Positions 1-10,397 of a DNA stretch of 44,481 bases are shown piece after piece. A model generated the notes under the pieces. That model searched no databases. It was given only the letters and a program-made list of their open reading frames with translations, and was not told the origin of the DNA. Source of the stretch: Marine Group I thaumarchaeote (GTDB lineage: Archaea; Thermoproteota; Nitrososphaeria; Nitrososphaerales; Nitrosopumilaceae). Each line of letters opens with the position of its first letter. Within the stretch, counting starts at the first letter, position 1. The stretch is from assembly GCA_044358425.1 (NCBI GenBank), contig CP054849.1, forward strand, positions 914,810 through 959,290, read 5' to 3'. The position numbers were made by a program, and so were the translations under genes.

Positions 1-2
1 CC

Positions 3-437
3 TCTAACAAAGTATCTGTTAGGTGCTGGTGTATATCCAGTGACTTTTGCTCTGTACTGATGGAAATCAGTCATTGCTGCATTCATGTATGCATTTTCTA
101 ATGCATCTTGTACAGTTGCTGGAGCAGATGCTTTTTCAGCTGGTTTTGGAGCGTCTTTTACAGTTTCTGCAGGTTTCTCAAATCCTTTTGGCAATGTACC
201 TTTAGGTTTTGTTGTTGCTGCAGGTCTCTCAGCTGGTTTTGGAGCTTCCTTTGGTTTTGGTGTAGAACCTTTTGGAAGTGTAGGTTTTGGCTTAGCTGTC
301 TCAGCTGGTTTTACCTCAGCAGGTTTAGTTTCTGCTGGTTTTGCGGTAAGCTGATCAGATAATTGATTTAATTTTGCTTCTAATTCGGCAATCTTGTCTT
401 CAAGATCTTTTTTTGTTTGCTTTTTAGCAGCTGCCAT
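3..437 (-). CDS. Partial (runs off left edge) protein: N-terminal coiled coil, Lys/Pro/Ala/Glu-rich low-complexity linker, start of a globular region
   Basis: ATG at 437 gives MAAAKKQTKKDLEDKIAELEAKLNQLSDQLTAKPAETKPAEVKPAET...DFHQYRAKVTGYTPAPNRYFVR, open to the window edge. The plus-strand ORFs 85..354 and 108..362 are its antisense shadows. Confidence 0.85.
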   Translation of the reverse strand, partial: MAAAKKQTKKDLEDKIAELEAKLNQLSDQLTAKPAETKPAEVKPAETAKPKPTLPKGSTPKPKEAPKPAERPAATTKPKGTLPKGFEKPAETVKDAPKPAEKASAPATVQDALENAYMNAAMTDFHQYRAKVTGYTPAPNRYFVR

Positions 438-533
438 TAATTTTGATGCCTAATTCGGGGTTTATGTACATTTGGTTTGAACTAGGTGTACAAATATGAT
501 CAATTTTATATGTTTAATCTGATGTTCTTTCGT

Positions 534-908
534 ATGGACGACTTTGAAAAAGAATATCCAGATTTTGATTGGAAAAATACACCTGCATACAAACATCCAG
601 GTGGAAGAAATTGTCCATGTCCAAAACACGAATACATTAGAGAACAAATCAATTTCACAAAACAAGTTAATGAAAAGGGTAAAGAGCCTTCCAAAGTTAC
701 ACTAAAGTTTTGTCCAGATCACTACAGAGTATATCTAGATGAAGTAATCCCAGCAATGCCATTGAAATATCGAATATTAACAAAAATTGCACTAAAATTA
801 GGTGCAATTCAAATTGAACAGTTAAAATACATGGAATCAGAATTATGTTTTTACTGCAAATTTGGTTCTGGTGGTCATGACAAAAAAACAGAACTACCAC
901 CAATGTAA
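534..908 (+). CDS. Hypothetical Cys/His-rich protein, probably metal-binding
   Basis: ORF 486..908. ATG 534 preferred because TTTTATA lies about 25 nt upstream. Motifs CPCPKH, FCPDH, CFYC. Confidence 0.75.
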   Translation: MDDFEKEYPDFDWKNTPAYKHPGGRNCPCPKHEYIREQINFTKQVNEKGKEPSKVTLKFCPDHYRVYLDEVIPAMPLKYRILTKIALKLGAIQIEQLKYMESELCFYCKFGSGGHDKKTELPPM

Positions 909-968
909 ATAGTAACAAAGTGTAAAAAATCCAGTTAAGCTTATACCTGATTTATGAAGAGCTTGTTT

Positions 969-2411
969 GTGCCAATTCAAGATACTCAAGAATTCATCAA
1001 AGAACTTGAAAAACAAGGTGAGCTAAAAAGGGTCAAAACAGAAGTAGATCCAGATTTAGAAATTGCAGAAATTTTAAGAAGAGAAATGTATTCCAACGGT
1101 CCAGCTGTTCTTTTTGAAAATGTAAAGGGGCACAGCATGCCAGTTTTAGGTAATGCATTTGGTTCAATGAGAAGACTTGAGATAGGACTTGAGATGACAG
1201 ATTTTACAGAAATAGGCCACCGCATTACAGACATGACAAAAATGGACATGCCATCAGGAATTCTAAATAAGATTAAAAAATTACCAGAACTTTCAAAAAT
1301 GACAGCATCATTTCCAAAATCAGAGTCCAGTGGATTAGTTACAGAAATTACATCAACAGATGCATCTTTTGACGATTTACCAATTATAAAATCATGGCCT
1401 AACGATGCAGGACGATTCATAACATTAGGATTAATTGCAACAAAACATCCTGAAACAGGAGTTCGAAATTTAGGAGTATACAGAATGCAAATCATAGATA
1501 AAACACATGCATCAATGCATTGGCAAAAACACAAGAGAGGTGCAAATCACGGAGATATTTCAAAAGACAGAGGAGAGAAAATTCCAACAGCAATAATTTT
1601 CGGAGGGGAACCTGCAACAGTTTTTTCATCAATTGCACCAGTTCCTGAAGGATTAGACAAATATCTATTTGCAGGAATTACAAGAAAAGAAGGAATCAAG
1701 ACAGTAAAATGTAAGACAATAGACTTGGATGTTCCAGCAAATGCAGAAATTGTTTTGGAAGGATATGTAGATCCAGAAGACATCAGAGATGAAGGACCAT
1801 TTGGAGATCATACAGGATATTACACACCTGTTGAACCATATCCAACATTTACATTAACAGGGATTATGAGAAGAAAAAATCCAGTTTATGTAACAACAGT
1901 TGTCGGAAAACCGATTTTAGAAGATGCATATATTGGAAAAGTTATTGAACGTTCATTTTTACCACTTGTTCAAATGTTCCATCCAGAAGTAGTAGATTTC
2001 AGCATGCCAGCAGCAGGATGGTTTCAAGGTTTTGCAGTAATATCAATTAAAAAAAGATATCCAGGTCAAGCAAAAAAAGTCATGATGGGTTTATGGGGAA
2101 TGGGACAATTATCACTAACCAAAATGTTTGTTGTTGTGGATGAAGATATCAATGTACATGATATGGATGATGTTATTTGGGCAATCACAACAAGAGCTGA
2201 TGCTGCAAGAGATACAACAATTATCAACAACACTCCAACAGATACATTAGATCCAGCATCACCATTAGTCAATTTTGGTTCTAAAATGGGAATTGATGCA
2301 ACACAGAAAACAAAAGAAGAAGGATACATGCGAGAAATTCAACAACAAGTAAAAGTTGATGAGAAAACAAAGAATCTAGTAGATTCAAAATGGTCTGAGT
2401 ATGGACTATAA
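969..2411 (+). CDS. ubiD: UbiD-family (prenylated-FMN) decarboxylase, menaquinone biosynthesis
   Basis: EGPFGDHTGYY, NLGVYRMQ and DTLDPAS motifs; next to mqnC. GTG 969 is the likely start (ATG 954 is the alternative). Confidence 0.92.
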   Translation: MPIQDTQEFIKELEKQGELKRVKTEVDPDLEIAEILRREMYSNGPAVLFENVKGHSMPVLGNAFGSMRRLEIGLEMTDFTEIGHRITDMTKMDMPSGILNKIKKLPELSKMTASFPKSESSGLVTEITSTDASFDDLPIIKSWPNDAGRFITLGLIATKHPETGVRNLGVYRMQIIDKTHASMHWQKHKRGANHGDISKDRGEKIPTAIIFGGEPATVFSSIAPVPEGLDKYLFAGITRKEGIKTVKCKTIDLDVPANAEIVLEGYVDPEDIRDEGPFGDHTGYYTPVEPYPTFTLTGIMRRKNPVYVTTVVGKPILEDAYIGKVIERSFLPLVQMFHPEVVDFSMPAAGWFQGFAVISIKKRYPGQAKKVMMGLWGMGQLSLTKMFVVVDEDINVHDMDDVIWAITTRADAARDTTIINNTPTDTLDPASPLVNFGSKMGIDATQKTKEEGYMREIQQQVKVDEKTKNLVDSKWSEYGL

Positions 2412-3524
2412 TGTACGAATAGGATTATAGAAATTATCTCTTTCTTCAACTTGATAACCAATTTGATGAATGGCATCAACGATAATTTTATCAGTCAATT
2501 CAGTGGAACGAGCACCAGTACAAGATACGACTTCTTCACCAATAAGAGTGCCGCCAAAATCATCAGCACCATATTGTAAAGCAAGTTGTGCCATACCAAC
2601 CCCATTAGTTAACCACGAAGATTGAATGTGAGGTATTAGTCCATCTAAAACCAATCTAGAAATTGCAATCATTTTCAAAAGTTGAATTCCTCCAGTACCA
2701 TAATCAACAATACCCTCATCTTGCATCAAAGTATTATTTGGTTCAAAGTTCCAAGGGATGAAAGCCATAAACCCATTAGTCTTTTCTTGTAATTTTACAA
2801 TTTTTGAAAAGTGCTCCACAATATCATTATTATTTTCAACACTACCATACATCATTGTAGCAGAACCAGGAATACCTAAAGAATGTGCTTCATCCATTAT
2901 TCTAATCCAATCAGCACTAGAAATTTTCTTAGGACTAATAATTTCTTTAACAGAGTCAGTTAAAATTTCAGCACCTGCACCAGGTATAGATTGTAAACCT
3001 GCATCTTTTAATCTAGATAGAATTTCTTTTGTGGATGATTTTTCAACTCGAGCAATCATGTCAATTTCAGATGTAGATAATCCATGTACACCAACAGTCG
3101 GAAATTTTTCACGAATCATTTTGAACGCATCTTCATAATATTCAATTTTTAAACTTGGATTGTGTCCACCTTGGATCAAAACCTGACGAATCTTAAACAT
3201 TTCATAAGAAGTCTTTACACGAGTTTCAATTTCATCAAGAGATAAAGTGTAAGAGTCTTCAGCACCAGGTGATCTATAAAATGCACAGAATTTACAATCA
3301 GTGATACAGACATTAGTATAATTCAAGATAATATTATTGACAAATGACGCTTTGTTGCCAAATTGTTTTTTGGATAAATAACCAGAAACTAATCCCATTA
3401 AATGAACATCGTCAGATTCCAGAAGTCTCAAAATATCCTCCGGTCCAGGTCTAACACCGTTAAGAGAATTTTCTAAAATATCTTTAATATCGCTTTTTTG
3501 TATCTGCTCAGTAGTCTGACTCAA
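2406..3524 (-). CDS. mqnC: Cyclic dehypoxanthine futalosine synthase (radical SAM, CofH/MqnC family)
   Basis: NYTNVCITDCKFCAFYR (CxxxCxxC), QGGHNP, PGAGAEIL, GADDFGGT. Confidence 0.85.
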   Translation of the reverse strand: MSQTTEQIQKSDIKDILENSLNGVRPGPEDILRLLESDDVHLMGLVSGYLSKKQFGNKASFVNNIILNYTNVCITDCKFCAFYRSPGAEDSYTLSLDEIETRVKTSYEMFKIRQVLIQGGHNPSLKIEYYEDAFKMIREKFPTVGVHGLSTSEIDMIARVEKSSTKEILSRLKDAGLQSIPGAGAEILTDSVKEIISPKKISSADWIRIMDEAHSLGIPGSATMMYGSVENNNDIVEHFSKIVKLQEKTNGFMAFIPWNFEPNNTLMQDEGIVDYGTGGIQLLKMIAISRLVLDGLIPHIQSSWLTNGVGMAQLALQYGADDFGGTLIGEEVVSCTGARSTELTDKIIVDAIHQIGYQVEERDNFYNPIRTL

Positions 3525-3667
3525 TTACCATTAATCCTTTAGAATTTCTATTTATTCCTTGATAGAATAAATCTTAAAAATTAATGAAGAATACACTAAA
3601 TTTAAAATATTTTTGAGCATGCAGACGCACGTTATTTTTAAGTAGGGCTGAAAGAACAAAACAAAAC

Positions 3668-4450
3668 ATGGTATCAGCAAATGAAATTAGATTAAACAGA
3701 ATTATGAGAAAAGGCAGAATGCTTTGTATTCCAATGGACCATGGAATTTCAAATGGACCTATTGAAGGACTTGAAAATCCAGCTGATACAATTTACAAAT
3801 GTGAAGGACATGGATTGACTAGTGTCATCATCAACAAAGGAATTCTCAAATCATTACCAAAACCACCAAAAATTGGAACTTTAGTTCATTTTTCAAGCAG
3901 TACAGCATTATCATTAGCACCAAATCGAAAGATGCTTACAGGTACAGTCAAAGAAGCTGTAGCATTAGGAGCAGATGGTGTTTCACTACACATCAACATC
4001 GGAGGAAAAGAAGAACCAGAAATGCTAGAACAACTCGGTTTAACAGCAGATCAATGTCACAGATGGGGAATGCCACTTTTAGCAATGATGTATCCAAGAG
4101 GTGAAAATATTCCTAACCCACATGATCCAGAAATTGTAGGACATGTTGCAAGAATTGGTGCAGAGTGTGGAGCAGACATTGTAAAAACATTATACACAGG
4201 AGATATAGATTCATTTTCAAAAATTGTTAAAAGTACACCAGTTCCAATTGTAATTGCAGGAGGACCTAAAGCTAAAACAGATTTAGATATACTCCAAATG
4301 ACTGAGGATGCAATTACAGCAGGAGCTAAAGGAGTAACATATGGAAGAAATATTTTTGCACATAAAAGACCAGAAAAAATGGTTCAAGCACTATCAGAAA
4401 TAATTTTCAAAAAAGGTACTGCAAAGGAAGCAATGAAAAGAATTGAGTAA
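3668..4450 (+). CDS. aroA': 2-amino-3,7-dideoxy-D-threo-hept-6-ulosonate synthase (class I aldolase)
   Basis: PMDHG, AMMYPRG, GADIVKT, IAGGPK motifs; directly upstream of DHQ synthase II. Confidence 0.9.
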   Translation: MVSANEIRLNRIMRKGRMLCIPMDHGISNGPIEGLENPADTIYKCEGHGLTSVIINKGILKSLPKPPKIGTLVHFSSSTALSLAPNRKMLTGTVKEAVALGADGVSLHINIGGKEEPEMLEQLGLTADQCHRWGMPLLAMMYPRGENIPNPHDPEIVGHVARIGAECGADIVKTLYTGDIDSFSKIVKSTPVPIVIAGGPKAKTDLDILQMTEDAITAGAKGVTYGRNIFAHKRPEKMVQALSEIIFKKGTAKEAMKRIE

Positions 4451-5504
4451 AACAAGAGAATTAATAATTTTACCAAAAGTAAATCAGGCACAATTAACAA
4501 AATTTTTGCCTCAACTAGAGGAAGAAGGAATTAAAACAATATTTTTAGATCCAAAAAAATTAGGTAAGAAAAAAACAAAATTAAAAACAATATCTACATC
4601 AAATTCTTCAAACTATGTTGTCTTAGAAAAAGAAAATTCAACCAAACCAAAAGGGAAAAAAATTGGAATTAAATTTGAAGTTCTATCTAATGCAGATATT
4701 GACAATGTATTATCAATTTCAAAAAAAGGATTGGATTTTGTCATCATAGAAGTGAAAGACTGGAAAATTATTCCTCTTGAAAACATTATTGCAAAATTAC
4801 ATAAAATACACACAAAGATTTTTGCAATTGCCAGGACACCGGAAGAAGTAAGAAAAATGTTTTCAATTTTAGAAGTAGGAGTAGACGGAGTAATATTCAG
4901 TACATCATCAATCAACGAAGTAAGAGAAGCAATGGTGTATCTAGGTACAAGAAGTTTCGACATGAAACCAGCAAAAATTCTTGAAATTAAAGAAGTAGGG
5001 GATGGAGAAAGAGTTTGTGTAGATACAGCATCAATGTTACATAAAGGGGAAGGAATGTTAATTGGAAGTAGATCAAATTTCTTATTTCTTGTACACAATG
5101 AATCAGTAGGCTCATCGTTTACATCACCACGACCATTTAGAGTAAATGCAGGTGCAGTTCATTGTTACACTTTATCTCCAGATGGTACAACAAATTATTT
5201 ATCAGAAGTAGAAACAGGTTCAGAAGTATTAATTCTAAATTCCAAAGGCAAAGCACGTAGGGCAACAGTTGGAAGATCAAAAATTGAACGAAGACCTATG
5301 TTAATGATTAAAGCATCAGTAGGAAATGAAATTGGAGGAATTATTGCACAAGACGCAGAAACAATCAGATTCGTCAAACCTAACGGCCAATTAGTATCAG
5401 TAACACATCTAAAGAAAGGAGACATAGTGATGGCACATGCAAAACCTGCAACAGGGAGACATTTTGGAATGGAAGTTTCAGATGAATACATATTAGAAAA
5501 ATAA
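4443..5504 (+). CDS. aroB': 3-dehydroquinate synthase II
   Basis: DWKIIPLEN, GERVCVDT, RPFRVNAGAVH, GRHFGM. Confidence 0.95.
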   Translation: MSKTRELIILPKVNQAQLTKFLPQLEEEGIKTIFLDPKKLGKKKTKLKTISTSNSSNYVVLEKENSTKPKGKKIGIKFEVLSNADIDNVLSISKKGLDFVIIEVKDWKIIPLENIIAKLHKIHTKIFAIARTPEEVRKMFSILEVGVDGVIFSTSSINEVREAMVYLGTRSFDMKPAKILEIKEVGDGERVCVDTASMLHKGEGMLIGSRSNFLFLVHNESVGSSFTSPRPFRVNAGAVHCYTLSPDGTTNYLSEVETGSEVLILNSKGKARRATVGRSKIERRPMLMIKASVGNEIGGIIAQDAETIRFVKPNGQLVSVTHLKKGDIVMAHAKPATGRHFGMEVSDEYILEK

Positions 5505-5505
5505 A

Positions 5506-6183
5506 ATGAAATACAAAACATGTATATCAATTGGAGAAAAGTCTCCAAAGAAAATTAAAAATAAATTAAAAGATTCATTAAAAAAATCAGATTATGTAGA
5601 AGTAAGATTAGATTTTTTAAAAGCAAAAGAAATTCCAGATACATTAGAAATAATTAAAACAGATTTAAAAAAAATTGTTTGTACTTTAAGACCAAAAAAT
5701 GAAGGTGGGAAATTCACAGGTTCTGAAAAAGAAAGAATTGCAATATTGAAATTAATTGCAGAATATAATCCATTTTTGTTAGATGTTGAATTTAACACAT
5801 TAAATAAAAATAAGGAATTATCAAAATATCTCAAAAGTACCAAAACAAAATTATTAGTATCATGGCATGATTTTCAAAAAACTCCTAAGACAGCAGAATT
5901 AAGGAACAAAATTAAAAAAATGAGTAAATTTTCAAACAATGTAAAAATTGTCAGTACAGCAAAATCAGTAGACGATGCAACCAGAATGTTAGAATTGTAT
6001 GATAAAAAAGGAAAAAATAATTTAATTTCATTTGCAATGGGTGATGCGGGTAAAATTTCAAGAATTTTGTGCCTATATTTGGGTAGTCCATACACGTATG
6101 TATCATTAGGAAAAGCAGTGGCACCAGGGCAGTTTAGTGTAGACGAAGTAAACAAAATAATCAATCTAAAAAGTAGCAAATAA
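5506..6183 (+). CDS. aroD: Type I 3-dehydroquinate dehydratase
   Basis: EVRLD, TLRPKNEGG, VSWHDF, FAMG, APGQ. Confidence 0.93.
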   Translation: MKYKTCISIGEKSPKKIKNKLKDSLKKSDYVEVRLDFLKAKEIPDTLEIIKTDLKKIVCTLRPKNEGGKFTGSEKERIAILKLIAEYNPFLLDVEFNTLNKNKELSKYLKSTKTKLLVSWHDFQKTPKTAELRNKIKKMSKFSNNVKIVSTAKSVDDATRMLELYDKKGKNNLISFAMGDAGKISRILCLYLGSPYTYVSLGKAVAPGQFSVDEVNKIINLKSSK

Positions 6184-6224
6184 AAAATTGAGAGTTTAAA
6201 TCAATCTATTTCTCAAAAAGTCAT

Positions 6225-7043
6225 ATGGGAAAAAGTTTTGCAGTAATTGGAGATCCTATCAATCATTCATTATCTCCAAACATACACAGTGCAGCGTTTA
6301 GAGAATTAAATTTAGATTCTTCATATATCGGATACAGAATTCCAAAAGGAGAATTAGAAAGTGGGGTCGAAGGACTTAAAAAAATTAAGATTAGTGGATT
6401 TAATGTTACAATTCCTCACAAAGTTGAAATGATGAAATATTTGGATAAAATGGATGAGTCATGCAGCATTATTGGTGCAGTTAATACAGTTGTGAATAAT
6501 GAAGGAGTTCTAAAAGGATACAATACAGATATGGATGGATTTTTAGAGCCACTGAAAAAAAGAAATATTTCAATTCAAGATAAAAAAATACTGTTAATTG
6601 GAGCAGGAGGTGCTGCAAGAGCCATTATTGCAGGAATGTCTAAAGAAAAAGCTGAAAGAGTAGACATTGCAAACAGAACAACCAAAAATGCAGAGAAATT
6701 ATCAGAATTTGCCACAAGAATTGAATTGCCTACAAATGTAAAAAAAATAGAAGAAATTAAAAATTTACAAAACTATGACATTATAATTAATTCAACATCA
6801 TTAGGATTAAAAAATGAATTAAGTCCAATTTCATTTGAGCAAATAAATCAAGATTCAGTGATTTATGATATTGTATATTCTCCAATGAATACAGATTTTA
6901 TTAAAAAAGCAAAAGACAAAAAGTTAGAAGTTATTTACGGATATGAAATGCTTTTAGGTCAGGCTACCAGAGCATTTGAAATTTGGCATGGAATGAAAGC
7001 GCCTTATAATGCAATGAAAAAAGCATTGTTAGGAGGATTTTGA
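6225..7043 (+). CDS. aroE: Shikimate dehydrogenase
   Basis: GDPINHSLSP, NVTIPHK, GAVNT, NTD, GAGGAA. Confidence 0.96.
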   Translation: MGKSFAVIGDPINHSLSPNIHSAAFRELNLDSSYIGYRIPKGELESGVEGLKKIKISGFNVTIPHKVEMMKYLDKMDESCSIIGAVNTVVNNEGVLKGYNTDMDGFLEPLKKRNISIQDKKILLIGAGGAARAIIAGMSKEKAERVDIANRTTKNAEKLSEFATRIELPTNVKKIEEIKNLQNYDIIINSTSLGLKNELSPISFEQINQDSVIYDIVYSPMNTDFIKKAKDKKLEVIYGYEMLLGQATRAFEIWHGMKAPYNAMKKALLGGF

Positions 7044-7897
7044 TGGCAAAAGTAAAAGCTACTGTGCATGGTGCAGTTTCAATAGTTAGTGCCATAGCAA
7101 GTAAAAAAGGAGCAACATTAGGAATATCACTAAAAGTTGAAGCAACAGTTGAAACATCAATAGGAAAAGGAATCATAATTCAATCAGAAAACAAGAGTCT
7201 CAGTTCCAGATTAATTAATAAAACAATTGAAAAAATTGTATCAAAAAAAGATTTAGAAAAAAATAAAATTACAATTACATTAACTTCAGAAATTCCAACA
7301 GGGTATGGATTAAAAAGTTCCAGTGCAATATCATCAGTAGTTGCATTAGCATGTGCAAAAATATTCAAACCAAAATTAACAGATAAACAAATTCTTTTAG
7401 CTGGAGTGGATGCATCCATTGAAACCAAAGTAAGTATTACAGGAGCATATGATGATGCATGTTCTTGCTATTATGGAGGATTCAACGTAACAGATAACGG
7501 AAAAAGAAATAGAATAAATTTTGAGAAAATCCCACCAAATTTGAGTGCAGTTATTTTTATTCCAAGAAATAGAAAAAGAGGAAACTTAAAGAAATTAAAA
7601 ATTCTCTCATCAATTTTTAACAATGCATGGGAGTTAGCAAATGAGAAAAAATATTGGGAAGCAATGACAATAAACGGTTTAGCCACATCCTCTATTCTAA
7701 ATTCAGATCCTAAAATCATAGTGGACTTGATTGACAAAGGCGCATTAGGAGCCTCAGTCTCAGGAAATGGTCCATCAATTGCAGCAATTGTAAAAAAAGA
7801 AAATATTTCCAATGTTAAAAAAATATTTTCAAATTTAGAAGGCAGCATAATTGTTTCAAAAATAAATAACAAAAAGGCAGAAGTACATGAACTGTAA
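7043..7897 (+). CDS. aroK: Archaeal shikimate kinase (GHMP family)
   Basis: PTGYGLKSSSA, SITGAYDD, SGNGPS; TGATG stop/start overlap with aroE. Confidence 0.93.
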   Translation: MAKVKATVHGAVSIVSAIASKKGATLGISLKVEATVETSIGKGIIIQSENKSLSSRLINKTIEKIVSKKDLEKNKITITLTSEIPTGYGLKSSSAISSVVALACAKIFKPKLTDKQILLAGVDASIETKVSITGAYDDACSCYYGGFNVTDNGKRNRINFEKIPPNLSAVIFIPRNRKRGNLKKLKILSSIFNNAWELANEKKYWEAMTINGLATSSILNSDPKIIVDLIDKGALGASVSGNGPSIAAIVKKENISNVKKIFSNLEGSIIVSKINNKKAEVHEL

Positions 7898-9155
7898 AGT
7901 AGAAAAATCAAAAATAAGCGGAGTCATTCACTGCCCTCCAAACAAAAGTTATACACATAGAGGAATTTTTCTAGCATCACTTGCAGGCAACAACAGCAGA
8001 GTAGAAAATATTCTCATTTCAGCAGATACTAAAGCAACCATTGAAGCATGTAAAAAATTTGGAGCAGTCATAGAATTAATTGATTCAACAGTAATCGTGA
8101 AGGAATCAATCAAAATAGGGTCAAAGGTTCCAGAAATAAACACGGAGAATTCCGGAACAACCATTAGAATTGCAATTGGAATTGCAAGTCTATTTTCTGA
8201 AGAAATTACTTTGACAGGCGATGACAGTATTCAAAAACGACCCATGCAACCATTGTTAGATGCATTAGCAAGTATTGGTGCAGAATGTAGTTCAACAGAT
8301 GGAAAACCTCCAGTAAAAATTAAAGGGAATATTTTAGGAGGAGACATAAAAATTCCAGGAAATTTATCAAGTCAATTTATTTCATCACTATTAATTTCTG
8401 CACCATTAACAAAAAATGGAATTAATTTAACTATTGAAGGAGACTTAGTTTCAAAACCATATTTAGATGCAACAATCACAACAATGAGAAAATTTGGAGT
8501 TTCAGTCCAAACATTAATTCCGTATAAAAAATACAACATATCACCACAAATTTATAAAAATACAACATTCAATGTTCCAATAGATTTTTCAAGTTTGGCA
8601 TTACTTCTTTCTTTTACTGTACTTAATGGAGAAAATGTAACAATTAAAGGAAGTATGGGAAATTTACCTCAAGGAGATGAAGCATTCATTGACTTTTTGG
8701 AACAATTAGGAGTTTCAGTAATAATTAATGATAATGAGATTAAAATTAAATCGCCTGAAAAATTAACAGGGGGGATTTTTGATTTAAGAAATTCCCCAGA
8801 TCTTCTTCCACCACTAGCAATTCTATCATTAATTTCGTCAGAACCTATAGAAATTGTAAATGTGAAACATGCTAGATTAAAAGAAACAGATCGAATTTCC
8901 ATACTTGCAAGAGAATTACCAAAAATTGGAATTATGGTTGAAGAAAGAGAAGATGGTTTAATTTTGAAACCATCAGATATTCTAACAGGAGCAAAATTAG
9001 ATTCAGAAAACGATCATAGATTATTCATGGCATTTTGTATTGCAGGAACATATATCGGAAATTGTACAGTGACTGATTCAAAATCAGTTCAAGTATCATA
9101 TCCAAATTTCATAGAAGAAATGAATAGATTAGGCGCAAAAATTGAGAAAATATAG
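7887..9155 (+). CDS. aroA: EPSP synthase
   Basis: KSYTHR, NSGTTIR, SSQFISS, RLKETDR, DHRLFMA. Confidence 0.96.
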   Translation: MNCKVEKSKISGVIHCPPNKSYTHRGIFLASLAGNNSRVENILISADTKATIEACKKFGAVIELIDSTVIVKESIKIGSKVPEINTENSGTTIRIAIGIASLFSEEITLTGDDSIQKRPMQPLLDALASIGAECSSTDGKPPVKIKGNILGGDIKIPGNLSSQFISSLLISAPLTKNGINLTIEGDLVSKPYLDATITTMRKFGVSVQTLIPYKKYNISPQIYKNTTFNVPIDFSSLALLLSFTVLNGENVTIKGSMGNLPQGDEAFIDFLEQLGVSVIINDNEIKIKSPEKLTGGIFDLRNSPDLLPPLAILSLISSEPIEIVNVKHARLKETDRISILARELPKIGIMVEEREDGLILKPSDILTGAKLDSENDHRLFMAFCIAGTYIGNCTVTDSKSVQVSYPNFIEEMNRLGAKIEKI

Positions 9156-9295
9156 ACTCAAATCAAAAAAATAACAATCCAAGTAAATCAATCAGACAAG
9201 CAAAAAAGGATAATTTTTACTAATTATGATAGATTAGTCAATGATGCGTTCACGTAAAACCACGAGGAATTATAAACATCACTTAACTAGATAAT

Positions 9296-10393
9296 ATGTT
9301 GCCGGGAAGTTCTATTGGTCAGCGTCTTGTTTTGACAAGTTTTGGTGAAAGTCATGGTAGATCAATTGGTGCAGTTTTAGATGGATGTCCTGCAGGATTA
9401 GAAATTGACGAAAAAGAAATTCAAGATATGCTAAATTTAAGAAAACCAGGTCAAAACATTATTTCAACACAAAGAAAAGAAGGAGATGTTGTAGAAATTG
9501 TATCAGGAGTATTCAGAGGTTTTACAACAGGTGCCCCAATTACCATGTTAATTTGGAATGCAGATCAAAAATCAAAAGATTATGAAAATTTGAAAACAAA
9601 ATTAAGACCAGGTCATTCAGATTATCCTGCCATGATGAAATATAATCAGTTTAATGATCATAGAGGAGGAGGTAGATTTTCAGGGAGATTGACTGCAACA
9701 CATGTAATGGGCGGAGCAATTGCAAGAAAATTACTCAAAGTCACGTTAGGAATTAAAATTAATTCATTCACTGCACAAATTGGAAAAATAAAGATGGAAA
9801 AAGAATTCAATGAAAAAATGTCAAAATTAATTTATAAAAATGAAGTAAGATGTCCCGAAGAAAAGACAGCAAAGAAAATGAGAGAATCAATTCTAAATGC
9901 AAAGAAAAAAGGAGATTCGTTAGGAGGAATCATTGAATCAATTACAACAAACGTGCCAGTAGGATTAGGAGAACCAATATTTAGTTCACTAGAATCTGAC
10001 TTGAGTAAAGCAATTTTTTCAATTCCATCAGTAAAAGGAGTAGAGTTTGGTTCAGGGTTTAGAGGTTCAGAATTATTTGGCTCTGAAAATAATGATTTGT
10101 ATACAATGAAGAGAGGAAAGATAGTTACAAAAACAAACAACTCAGGAGGAATTTTAGGAGGGATTTCTAATGGAATGCCAATTACAATGAGAATTGCGTT
10201 TAAACCAGCATCATCAATTGCTCAAAGACAAAATACTGTAGATATTAAAAATAAAAGAGATGCAATTTTACAAGTTAAAGGCAGACATGATCCATGTGTA
10301 GTACCAAGAGCTACACCAGTAGTCGATTCATTAGTAGCTCTAACCATTGCAGATCATGCACTGATCACAGGTACAATTAAACCAAGTTTATAA
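9296..10393 (+). CDS. aroC: Chorismate synthase
   Basis: FGESHG, RPGHSD, GGGRFSGR, GRHDPCV; own TATA-like TTATAAA near 9270. Confidence 0.97.
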   Translation: MLPGSSIGQRLVLTSFGESHGRSIGAVLDGCPAGLEIDEKEIQDMLNLRKPGQNIISTQRKEGDVVEIVSGVFRGFTTGAPITMLIWNADQKSKDYENLKTKLRPGHSDYPAMMKYNQFNDHRGGGRFSGRLTATHVMGGAIARKLLKVTLGIKINSFTAQIGKIKMEKEFNEKMSKLIYKNEVRCPEEKTAKKMRESILNAKKKGDSLGGIIESITTNVPVGLGEPIFSSLESDLSKAIFSIPSVKGVEFGSGFRGSELFGSENNDLYTMKRGKIVTKTNNSGGILGGISNGMPITMRIAFKPASSIAQRQNTVDIKNKRDAILQVKGRHDPCVVPRATPVVDSLVALTIADHALITGTIKPSL

Positions 10394-10397
10394 AAAA

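Noticed and set aside
85-362. Plus-strand ORFs 85..354 and 108..362
   Set aside because: They are antisense shadows of the low-complexity minus-strand gene starting at 437.
9156-9295. Small ORF or RNA in the aroA-aroC spacer
   Set aside because: Only very short frames and a weak AT-rich inverted repeat; adequately explained as the aroC promoter.
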